Position numbers and translations under genes: made by a program. This document shows positions 1-7,857 of a stretch of 26,131 bases of DNA, piece after piece; the first letter of the stretch is position 1; every line of letters starts with the position of its first letter. Source of the DNA: a virus (Duplodnaviria; Caudoviricetes); the IMG/VR virus record IMGVR_UViG_3300025696_000043, positions 1 to 26,131 of that record; one strand, written 5' to 3'. The notes under the pieces are model-generated. The model did no database searches. It had not been told where the DNA came from and saw only the letters and a list, made by a program, of their open reading frames with translations.

Positions 1-1
1 A

Positions 2-682
2 CCAAAAACAACACAAGTGCCTGAAACACCGTCTCCAACTCCAACACCAAACGTAAATTCAACAGTTAATGGTGAGGTGAATGAAGTGTCTTCAACTTTA
101 TGTAGTCCTCTGACTCAGTATGCTGGACTTGATTATATTTCATTAACTACAGATACATTGTCTTACGCTGACATTAAAGACCACGTAGAAAAATATAGAC
201 TTGGTAATTTAAACATTCAAAAAATGATAGGGCTTATACCATGGATTGAGAATGGATTTAATAATGGTAAGGTTACCGTCAATAATAATAATCCATGTAA
301 TGTAACTACAGATACAGTTATTAGAGGTGTCGTAATTAATGATTTAAATGGTCAAACTTGTGTTAATGTAAATGGGCGACAAAGACCGTTGGCGTCTTTT
401 AATGATTGGAAAAAGAGTCTTGATTCAATAAAGGCTAAATTAACCACACCATCGGTTATAAATGATATGCGTCAGATTGGTAGTACAAGATACCAGGATA
501 AAAATGAAGATTTGTTTGCCAAAATATATATTAAGTACATTTACGATAATATTTCTACAGACACTGAGTTTGAAAGAATTATCAGTAGTCCTGCTAATGA
601 TAGTGAAAAGAATATTAAACAAAGGTACGAACAGGTAGTACCTTTATTTGACTTAGGTGATAAATGGTATGCAAGTAACTAA
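2..682 (+). CDS. Hypothetical protein, C-terminal part (5'-truncated), begins with a Pro/Thr-rich linker
   Basis: Frame is open from base 2 (cca aaa aca aca caa gtg...), so the GTG at 17 is probably internal; PKTTQVPETPSPTPTP followed by a globular-looking region; TAA at 680-682. Confidence 0.75.
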   Translation, partial: PKTTQVPETPSPTPTPNVNSTVNGEVNEVSSTLCSPLTQYAGLDYISLTTDTLSYADIKDHVEKYRLGNLNIQKMIGLIPWIENGFNNGKVTVNNNNPCNVTTDTVIRGVVINDLNGQTCVNVNGRQRPLASFNDWKKSLDSIKAKLTTPSVINDMRQIGSTRYQDKNEDLFAKIYIKYIYDNISTDTEFERIISSPANDSEKNIKQRYEQVVPLFDLGDKWYASN

Positions 683-716
683 AACACCAAGAATGGGATA
701 ATTTCTTTTTTTTGTA

Positions 717-724
717 TATTTATA
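717..724 (+). promoter_or_regulatory. TATTTATA motif, candidate phage (late-type) promoter element
   Basis: Lies 15 nt upstream of ATG 740; the same core recurs in the gaps at 5130, 9638 and 12014. Confidence 0.45.
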
Positions 725-739
725 TATAAAAGTAATATT

Positions 740-964
740 ATGAACGTAAAATCATTATTAGACCAGTATTTGTCGAAAGACACTAGAATTACTGAAAGAG
801 ATGCCGGAAATGGTTACAAACAAGTTTGTGACTTAGACACAGGAGACTGTTACACTGTAAGTATGAGAGATGGACTTATTGAAAGAGTCGATAATACGAA
901 ACAAGTAAATAGAACCCTTAAAGTTGAGACACCTCATGGTGTTAAGACACTATTGAATGGTTAA
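740..964 (+). CDS. Small hypothetical protein (74 aa)
   Basis: ATG in A-rich context, fills the gap between neighbours, contains C-x6-C (VCDLDTGDC). Confidence 0.8.
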   Translation: MNVKSLLDQYLSKDTRITERDAGNGYKQVCDLDTGDCYTVSMRDGLIERVDNTKQVNRTLKVETPHGVKTLLNG

Positions 965-975
965 AAAAATATATT

Positions 976-1584
976 ATGGCAATCGATAATAAAATATTAG
1001 AAGAGTTAAAAAGACATAACAATATCAATTCTTATTTAACGGAGCAAGAAGAGCCTGTTGATGCACCTGAAGGTGGTGATGAATTAGATTTGGATACTGA
1101 TACTGAAGAAATTGCGGAACCAGTAGATGTTGATACTGACCCCGATGTTGAGAAGTTAGACGACTCAGGTGAGAGTGTTGATGTAGAAATGGATGGAGAT
1201 ACTGAAGAGTTGGACATTACTGATTTGGTTACAAAACAAAACGAAATCTCAGACAAACAAGACGAGTACATGGATTCAATGTTTGACAAGTTAAATGACT
1301 TAGAGGGTAAGTTATCTCAGATGGACCAAATATTTACAAAGATTAACGATATCGAAGCTAAGGTTGAGAAGTACCGTGAAAAGTCACCTGAAGAAAAACT
1401 ACAATTAAGAAGTTTAGATAGTTATCCTTACAATCAAAAGTTAACTGACTTCTTTGACGATAAGAGTGAGGAAATGGAAAAAACAGGTAAAAATGAGTAT
1501 GTTTTGACTTCTGATGAGGTTGAGAATTTCTCTGACGCTGACATCAAAAAATCTTTTGATACTCCATTTAAAGACGAGGAATAA
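976..1584 (+). CDS. Highly acidic hypothetical protein with central coiled coil (possible head/scaffold-associated protein)
   Basis: D/E-rich residues ~23-80, heptad-like segment MFDKLNDLEGKLSQMDQIFTKINDIEAKVEK; function is inference only. Confidence 0.75.
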   Translation: MAIDNKILEELKRHNNINSYLTEQEEPVDAPEGGDELDLDTDTEEIAEPVDVDTDPDVEKLDDSGESVDVEMDGDTEELDITDLVTKQNEISDKQDEYMDSMFDKLNDLEGKLSQMDQIFTKINDIEAKVEKYREKSPEEKLQLRSLDSYPYNQKLTDFFDDKSEEMEKTGKNEYVLTSDEVENFSDADIKKSFDTPFKDEE

Positions 1585-1585
1585 C

Positions 1586-1614
1586 TTGACTTAACACACA
1601 AAATTTACTATAAT
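1586..1614 (+). promoter_or_regulatory. Sigma70-consensus promoter TTGACT-N17-TATAAT
   Basis: TTGACT at 1586-1591, 17-nt spacer, TATAAT at 1609-1614, upstream of the replication module. Confidence 0.7.
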
Positions 1615-1649
1615 AAAGACCACTCAATTAGGGTGGTCTTTTTCTTTTT
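1615..1649 (+). terminator. Rho-independent terminator
   Basis: AAAGACCACTC-aatta-GGGTGGTCTTT stem (one G-U pair) followed by TTCTTTTT, 30 nt after the stop of 976..1584. Confidence 0.8.
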
Positions 1650-1655
1650 AGTTAG

Positions 1656-1683
1656 TTGACTTTTAAGGTTTGAAGACTATACT
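1656..1683 (+). promoter_or_regulatory. Second sigma70-like promoter TTGACT-N16-TATACT
   Basis: TTGACT at 1656-1661 and TATACT at 1678-1683; shares TTGACTT...ACTATA with the upstream promoter; about 50 nt before the gp32 ATG. Confidence 0.6.
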
Positions 1684-1731
1684 TATTATTGAGTTTAAGA
1701 GAAACAATTAACAGAGTAAAAAGAAAAAATT

Positions 1732-2586
1732 ATGGGAAATGCACTCGACGCTGTGTTAGCACAGTATGAAAAAAACACCCAAAGTACAGGTGGAGGGAAT
1801 AAAATCTCTCAAGAAGACAGACTAAAAAGATACTTTACAACGTATCTTCCTAAAGGGACCAAATCAGGTCAAAAAGTAATCCGTATCCTTCCGACATCAG
1901 ATGGTTCATCACCTTTCAAAGAGGTGTGGTACCACGAGGTACAGATTGACGGTAAATGGACTAAACTATTCGACCCCGGTAAGAATGACGGTGAGCGTTC
2001 ACCACTTACTGAGGTTTATGAAGAACTAATGTCTACAGGTAAAGACACAGACAAAGAATTGGCTCGTCAATACCGTCCACGTAAATTCTACATTGTTAAG
2101 GTTATTGACCGTGAAAACGAAGACCACGGACCTAAATTTTGGAGATTTAAGGATAACTACAAGCAAGAAGGTATCTTGGATAAAATTATTCCAATTTGGA
2201 GACAAAAAGGTGACATCACTGATTCTAATGAAGGTCGTGACCTAATTGTTGATTTATCCAAAGCTAAAACACCATCAGGTATTGAGTACACGGTAGTTAA
2301 GACTATTATGTATGACGACCCAGCACCAATTCATGTTGATAAGAATCAAATGAAGGAATGGGTTGAGGATGAGTTGACGTGGAATGACGTTTACGCTCAG
2401 AAACCTGTTGAGTACTTAGAAGCTATCGCAAGAGGTGAAACACCTGTTTGGGATACAGAGTTGAAAAAATATGTTTACGGTGACGATACAGAAGTAACGT
2501 TGGGAGGTTCAGTAGCGTCCGACAGTAATACTAAAGTTGAAGACCCACAATCAGGAGCGAAAGTCGATGACGACTTACCGTTCTAA
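1732..2586 (+). CDS. gp32: T4 gp32-like single-stranded DNA-binding protein
   Basis: VIRILP...PF...H...GKW core pattern of the gp32 family, G-R-D-L strand, acidic C-terminal tail DDDLPF, adjacent to the recombinase. Confidence 0.85.
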   Translation: MGNALDAVLAQYEKNTQSTGGGNKISQEDRLKRYFTTYLPKGTKSGQKVIRILPTSDGSSPFKEVWYHEVQIDGKWTKLFDPGKNDGERSPLTEVYEELMSTGKDTDKELARQYRPRKFYIVKVIDRENEDHGPKFWRFKDNYKQEGILDKIIPIWRQKGDITDSNEGRDLIVDLSKAKTPSGIEYTVVKTIMYDDPAPIHVDKNQMKEWVEDELTWNDVYAQKPVEYLEAIARGETPVWDTELKKYVYGDDTEVTLGGSVASDSNTKVEDPQSGAKVDDDLPF

Positions 2587-2599
2587 AAAAAACTAACAC

Positions 2600-2633
2600 G
2601 ATGGTAAGGGCGTTCTGTCCTTACCATCTTTTT
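2600..2633 (+). terminator. Rho-independent terminator/attenuator between gp32 and uvsX
   Basis: GATGGTAAGGGC-gttct-GTCCTTACCATC 12-bp stem (one G-U pair) followed by TTTTT. Confidence 0.8.
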
Positions 2634-2644
2634 AATTAAGTAAT

Positions 2645-3646
2645 ATGGCAATAAAGAAAAAAGATTTCAAATCGTTGAAGCAGAAATACTCTACTTCAGC
2701 AAAATATAAACCACAAAGGTTTTTAGATTTGGGTGAGGCGTTTTTGGATGCGGTAGGAGTACCAGGTCCGGCTATTGGTCACTTGAATATGTTCTTGGGT
2801 CATAGTGATACTGGTAAGACAACTGCGTTGGTTAAGACTGCGGTAGATGCACAAAAGAAAGGTATTCTACCTGTTTTTATTATCACTGAACAAAAATGGT
2901 CTTTCGACCACGCATTGACAATGGGGTTTGAATGTGAGGAAGTGGTGGACGAAGAAACGGGTGAGTTAGATTGGGACGGATTTTTCCTATTTAACAACAA
3001 CTTTGATTATATTGAACAAATCACGGATTACATCAACGAATTGTTAGATGCTCAAGAGAAGGGTGAGTTGGAATACGACTTGTTATTCTTATGGGACTCT
3101 GTAGGTTCAGTACCATGTAAAATGACCTTTGACGGTAAGGGTGGTAAGCAACACAACGCGGCTACACTTGCGGATAAGATTGGTATGGGAATTAACCAAA
3201 GAATTGCGGGGTCAAGAAAGGCTACCTCAAATTATGAAAACACGTTAGTCATTGTTAACCAACCGTGGGTTGAATTACCTGACAATCCTTTTGGTCAACC
3301 AAAAATTAAAGCAAAGGGTGGTGAGGCAATTTGGTTGAACTCATCATTGGTATTCTTATTTGGTAACCAAAAAAATGCGGGTACTAATAAGATTGCGGCA
3401 GTAAAAGACAAAAGAAAAGTTAAGTTTGCTGTTAGAACGAAAGTATCAGTTATGAAAAACCATATCAATGGATTAGGTTATGAGGATGGTAAAATTATCG
3501 TTACACCACATGGTTTCTTAGCAGGAAAAGAATCCACTGAAGAAAAGAAGTCTATTGAGGTATATAAGTCTGAACAGGCGGAATACTGGAAAAAAGTAAT
3601 CGGAACTGAAGGTGATTACAAATTGGAAGAAGTAAAAGAAGTATAA
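2645..3646 (+). CDS. uvsX: RecA/UvsX-like recombinase
   Basis: Walker A GHSDTGKTT, Walker B FLWDSVGS, VIVNQ and KGGEAI RecA-family motifs, late VMKN motif; 333 aa. Confidence 0.9.
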   Translation: MAIKKKDFKSLKQKYSTSAKYKPQRFLDLGEAFLDAVGVPGPAIGHLNMFLGHSDTGKTTALVKTAVDAQKKGILPVFIITEQKWSFDHALTMGFECEEVVDEETGELDWDGFFLFNNNFDYIEQITDYINELLDAQEKGELEYDLLFLWDSVGSVPCKMTFDGKGGKQHNAATLADKIGMGINQRIAGSRKATSNYENTLVIVNQPWVELPDNPFGQPKIKAKGGEAIWLNSSLVFLFGNQKNAGTNKIAAVKDKRKVKFAVRTKVSVMKNHINGLGYEDGKIIVTPHGFLAGKESTEEKKSIEVYKSEQAEYWKKVIGTEGDYKLEEVKEV

Positions 3647-3663
3647 CCTTTAGTTGAGGGATT

Positions 3664-4671
3664 TTGACAAAGACATTATTAGTTGACGGAAACAACTTAT
3701 TCAAAATAGGATTTCACGGAGTGAGAGAGTTCTACCATGAGGGTAACCATATTGGAGGTATCTTTCATTTTGTGAGTACCCTCAAAAAATTCCTTATAGA
3801 GTATAACTACGACAAGGTAATCGTATTTTGGGATGGAAATAACAATTCATCCCTAAGAAGAGAGTTACTTGAACAATACAAAAAAAATAGAAAGAAAACT
3901 CTAAACGAGCAACAGAAGATTTCTTTTGATTGGCAGTTATCGAGAGTCAAATCATATTTAGAAGAGATGTTTATCCGTCAGGTGACCATTGATGGTTGTG
4001 AAGCTGATGATGGAATTGCATATTACTGTAAAATATCGATTGACGAATACAAAACAATATTTTCGGCAGATAAAGACCTTACACAACTTATTTCGGATAA
4101 AGTGGAGGTCTACTCACCTAACCATAGAAAAGTCTATAAGGATGGAGATAACATCCCTTTAAAAGACATTTCAATACCTCACTACAATGTGGTTACATTT
4201 AAGATATTAGCTGGTGATAAATCAGATAATATTGATGGTATTCATTTATTGGGTGAAAAGACATTTGCGAAGTTATTTCCTAATATATTGGACAAAGCAA
4301 CTTCTGTTGACGATATTATACAACGAACCGAAGAATTACTATCTGAGGGGGACAAACGCAAGATTCTAAGAAGTATCAAAGAAGGAAACACCAAAAGGGG
4401 GGTTTTGGGAAAAGATTTCTTTGATATTAACAAAAAAATTGTAGATTTGTCAGACCCAATGATAAGTAGTGAAGGTAAAGAGGAGGTTGAGCTCTACCAC
4501 AGTGAAGAGTTAGACCCTGAAGGAAGAGGATATCAGAATCTAATGAGAATGATGATGAGTGATGGAATCTTCAAGTACCTACCCAAACAAGATGACGATT
4601 GGGTAGATTTTTTAACACCGTTTATGAAACTAACAAGAAAAGAAAAAAAACGTTACAAAAACAAAAATTAG
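3664..4671 (+). CDS. 5'-3' exonuclease / flap endonuclease (T4 RNase H, Pol I N-terminal domain family)
   Basis: LLVDGNNL, FWDG, EADD, SADKDLTQL and helix-hairpin GDKSDNIDGI...GEKT motifs; TTG start. Confidence 0.92.
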   Translation: MTKTLLVDGNNLFKIGFHGVREFYHEGNHIGGIFHFVSTLKKFLIEYNYDKVIVFWDGNNNSSLRRELLEQYKKNRKKTLNEQQKISFDWQLSRVKSYLEEMFIRQVTIDGCEADDGIAYYCKISIDEYKTIFSADKDLTQLISDKVEVYSPNHRKVYKDGDNIPLKDISIPHYNVVTFKILAGDKSDNIDGIHLLGEKTFAKLFPNILDKATSVDDIIQRTEELLSEGDKRKILRSIKEGNTKRGVLGKDFFDINKKIVDLSDPMISSEGKEEVELYHSEELDPEGRGYQNLMRMMMSDGIFKYLPKQDDDWVDFLTPFMKLTRKEKKRYKNKN

Positions 4672-4673
4672 TT

Positions 4674-5126
4674 ATGAAAGAAAAAAATGACGTAACAAAA
4701 ATGGAATTCCTTTTGATGTTGAATGAAAACATCGTAGTACAACGTTACTTCAACGTAAGAGGGTACAATCCTAAAGCAAGAAAGAGTATTGATGTTATTG
4801 AATTTATTAATGAATTCAGTGACCGTTTGATGAAGCATTTGAAGGATAGAACTAACATGTATATGTTGGACCATTACAATCAAATTGCGTTGGACTCAAG
4901 TATTTTGGATACTTCAAATACTGATGGTCCTGAGATTTTCAACATTAAAATTCGTCTTGGTGAAGAGACAATTTGTCATAAAATAATTGACGCAAAATTG
5001 TTCCCACCTAAGATAAGATATACCGTAGACATACGCCCGCAACTAAAAAGTACACTTCGGGGATTAACTGAGATTTTCTCAAGTGAAGATTTGTCTTATG
5101 AATATATGGAATATCACTTAGTTTAA
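4674..5126 (+). CDS. Hypothetical protein (150 aa) between exonuclease and helicase
   Basis: ATG at 4674, 2 nt after the upstream TAG, is more plausible than the track start at 4599, which overlaps the exonuclease by 73 nt. Confidence 0.8.
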   Translation: MKEKNDVTKMEFLLMLNENIVVQRYFNVRGYNPKARKSIDVIEFINEFSDRLMKHLKDRTNMYMLDHYNQIALDSSILDTSNTDGPEIFNIKIRLGEETICHKIIDAKLFPPKIRYTVDIRPQLKSTLRGLTEIFSSEDLSYEYMEYHLV

Positions 5127-5129
5127 CCA

Positions 5130-5136
5130 TATTTAT
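5130..5136 (+). promoter_or_regulatory. TATTTAT motif upstream of the helicase
   Basis: In the 38-nt gap before ATG 5165; same core as at 717, 9638 and 12014. Confidence 0.35.
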
Positions 5137-5164
5137 TATTTACCCGAAAGAAAATTAGATTGAT

Positions 5165-6547
5165 ATGTCAAAAGAAAAAAACTTCGGTTACCTCGGTAAC
5201 TCATTCCAAATACAACTTCTAAATAACATTGTTATTGACAAAGACTTTGCCAATTCCATTGTTGATGTGTTGGACCCGAAGTACTTTGATAATCAATATT
5301 TTAAAATCATTATGCAAATGGTAAAGGAGTACTACGTCAAGTACGAACATATTCCAACATTTGCTACTTTGGAACAACTAACGAAGAGTGAAATTACCTC
5401 TCCGATGGCTCAAAAGATGGTCTTTGATATGTTAAAAGATGTTAAAGATGCTCCTATTGAGGGTGCGGACTTCGTTCAAGAAAAATCATTAAAATTCTGT
5501 AAACAACAAGAATTACAGAAGGTTATGATTAGTGCACAAAAAATCATTGATAAAGGTGATTTTGAGTCGTATGACCACTTGGAAGAAATGGTAAGGGAAG
5601 CTTTACAAGTTGGTGAGGTGGATACAGGTACTGCTGACGTATTCTCAAATTTGGATGCTGTATTGGACGATGATTACCGTCATCCAATCCCAATGGGGGT
5701 ACCAGGTATTGATAACCTTATGAAGGGTGGATTGGCGAAAGGTGAGATTGGAGTTATCTTAGCACCTACAGGTGTTGGTAAAACTACATTCTTAACAAAG
5801 ATTTCAAACCACGCATTCAATTTAGGTTACAATGTACTTCAGGTATTTTTTGAGGACAACCCAAAAATTATCCAACGTAAACACTTCACACTATGGACGG
5901 ATATTGCACCTGACAATTTATCAAATCACAAAGATGATGTGATGAATAAGGTAAAAGAGATTAAGGAGAACACAACGAACTCTTTAACTCTAAAGAAGTT
6001 ACCATCGGACACGATGACCATGAATCAGATTAAGAATCAGGTTAGGAAGATGATAGCTGAAGGCAATAAGATTGATATGGTGGTTATTGATTATATCGAC
6101 TGTATTACTCCCGACAAAAACTTGGGTGATGAATGGAAGAGTGAGGGTTCTGTGATGAGAGCGTTCGAAGCAATGTGTCACGAGTTGGACATTGTTGGAT
6201 GGACGGCAACACAGGGTAACCGTTCTTCAATTTCATCAGAAGTTGTTACTACCGACCAGATGGGTGGTTCTATTAAAAAGGCACAGGTTGGTCACGTTAT
6301 TATCTCAGTTGCAAAATCACTACAACAAAAGGAGATGAACTTGGCAACCATCGCAATTACCAAATCTCGTATTGGTAAAGACGGTGTTGTATTTGAGAAC
6401 TGTAAGTATGATAATGAGATGTTGGTTATTGATACTGAACAAAGTATGACCTTCTTAGGTTTAGAAGAACAAAGAGAAGAGAAGCAGAGGGACAGAATCA
6501 AGGAACTTATGGAAAAGCGTAAACAACGCGAGGGTCAAACAAATTAA
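5165..6547 (+). CDS. dnaB: Replicative DNA helicase, DnaB / T4 gp41 family
   Basis: TG-like PMGVPGIDNLMKGGL, Walker A APTGVGKT, Walker B VVIDYID, ATQGNR motif, KSR arginine-finger region. Confidence 0.92.
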   Translation: MSKEKNFGYLGNSFQIQLLNNIVIDKDFANSIVDVLDPKYFDNQYFKIIMQMVKEYYVKYEHIPTFATLEQLTKSEITSPMAQKMVFDMLKDVKDAPIEGADFVQEKSLKFCKQQELQKVMISAQKIIDKGDFESYDHLEEMVREALQVGEVDTGTADVFSNLDAVLDDDYRHPIPMGVPGIDNLMKGGLAKGEIGVILAPTGVGKTTFLTKISNHAFNLGYNVLQVFFEDNPKIIQRKHFTLWTDIAPDNLSNHKDDVMNKVKEIKENTTNSLTLKKLPSDTMTMNQIKNQVRKMIAEGNKIDMVVIDYIDCITPDKNLGDEWKSEGSVMRAFEAMCHELDIVGWTATQGNRSSISSEVVTTDQMGGSIKKAQVGHVIISVAKSLQQKEMNLATIAITKSRIGKDGVVFENCKYDNEMLVIDTEQSMTFLGLEEQREEKQRDRIKELMEKRKQREGQTN

Positions 6548-6560
6548 AAATTAATAAATT

Positions 6561-7841
6561 ATGGTTAACACAAGTACTATGAATGGTAAAGAAGAACGTT
6601 ATGTAATTAAAAGAAGTGGTGAAAAAGTCCTCTTCGAAGCTGAAAAAATAAAATATGCAGTACTCAAAGCGATGCAAACTGTTAGTGAAATCGATGATGA
6701 GATGGCTGAAAAAATTGCGAGAATTACACGTAAAAGTCTATTTAGAGACGACAAAGATAAAGTCCCAAATGTTGATGAGATTCACGACATGGTGGAGAAT
6801 AAATTAATGGACAATGGTCTTAATGATGTTGCGAAGGAATATATCGTATATCGAACTAAGAACCAACCAAATATTTTCTCTAAAAGAACTAATTTAAAAC
6901 CTTATGAGTATCCTAACTTAAGTGAGTATGTGGACGCTATTAGACACTCATACTGGGTTCATACCGAATTTAACTTCACTTCAGATATTCAAGATTATAA
7001 AGTGAATTTAGATAAAGGTGAAAAAACCGCAGTTAGAAGAGCAATGTTGGCGATTTCACAGGTTGAGGTTGCAGTTAAATCATTTTGGGGTGACATCTAC
7101 AAAAGGATGCCGAAACCTGAAATTGGTAATGTAGGTGCAACATTTGCGGAATCAGAAGTTAGACACGCTGATGCGTATTCTCACTTGATTCAGTTGTTGG
7201 GTCTTAATTCAGAATTCGAGAATCTAATGCAGGTTCCCGCAATTCGTAGAAGAGTTAAGTACTTAGAAAAAGCAATTGCAACATCTAAATCTGTAGAGGA
7301 CCGTGAGTACTTTGAGTCGGTGGTATTATTCTCAATGTTCGTTGAGAATGTTTCACTATTCTCTCAGTTCTTAGTTATTATGTCGTTCAACAAACATAAG
7401 AATATGTTGAAAGGTATTAGTAATGCTGTCGAAGCGACCTCGAAAGAAGAAAATATCCACGCTGGATTTGGTTTTGATATTGTAAACATTATTAAATCTG
7501 AAAACCCAACATGGTGGACTGACGAATTAAAAGAAGACCTTATCGCGGCAACGATGGATGCGTTTGAGGCGGAAACGGAAATTGTTAATTGGATTTTTGA
7601 AGATGGTGATTTGGAGTTTTTAACTAAAAACCAAACAATGGAATTTATTAAGCATAGATTCAATGTATCATTAAACTCCATTGGTGTTGATAGTTTATTT
7701 GAAATCAACGAAGCATTGTTGGAAACAACTGAATGGTTTGATGACGAGATACTAACCAGTAAACACACCGATTTCTTCAATAAAAGAAGTATTAACTATA
7801 GTAAAAAATCTAAATCGATTACATCAAACGATTTATTCTAA
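6561..7841 (+). CDS. nrdB: Ribonucleotide reductase class I beta subunit with N-terminal ATP cone (class Id / NrdBi-like)
   Basis: ATP cone at ~6600-6854 (VIKRSG...F...KI..AV.KA...VDEIHDMVE..LM...AKEYIVYR); ferritin-like ligands QVEVAVK, ESEVRHADAY, FVENVSLFSQF, EENIH; C-terminal DFF...NY...DLF. Confidence 0.95.
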   Translation: MVNTSTMNGKEERYVIKRSGEKVLFEAEKIKYAVLKAMQTVSEIDDEMAEKIARITRKSLFRDDKDKVPNVDEIHDMVENKLMDNGLNDVAKEYIVYRTKNQPNIFSKRTNLKPYEYPNLSEYVDAIRHSYWVHTEFNFTSDIQDYKVNLDKGEKTAVRRAMLAISQVEVAVKSFWGDIYKRMPKPEIGNVGATFAESEVRHADAYSHLIQLLGLNSEFENLMQVPAIRRRVKYLEKAIATSKSVEDREYFESVVLFSMFVENVSLFSQFLVIMSFNKHKNMLKGISNAVEATSKEENIHAGFGFDIVNIIKSENPTWWTDELKEDLIAATMDAFEAETEIVNWIFEDGDLEFLTKNQTMEFIKHRFNVSLNSIGVDSLFEINEALLETTEWFDDEILTSKHTDFFNKRSINYSKKSKSITSNDLF

Positions 7842-7857
7842 GAAAAAAATATAAAAA

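Noticed and set aside
17-19. GTG at 17 as the true start of the first ORF
   Set aside because: The frame is open to the window edge and begins in a linker-like segment, so the gene probably starts upstream.
3655-3660. TGAGGG as a Shine-Dalgarno site for the TTG-start exonuclease
   Set aside because: Only 3 nt from the start codon, too close for a typical SD, and other genes lack SD motifs.
4599-4673. Longer N-terminus for the 175-aa ORF
   Set aside because: Overlaps the exonuclease 3' end by 73 nt and reads as a shifted poly-A/Lys tract; ATG 4674 fits better.
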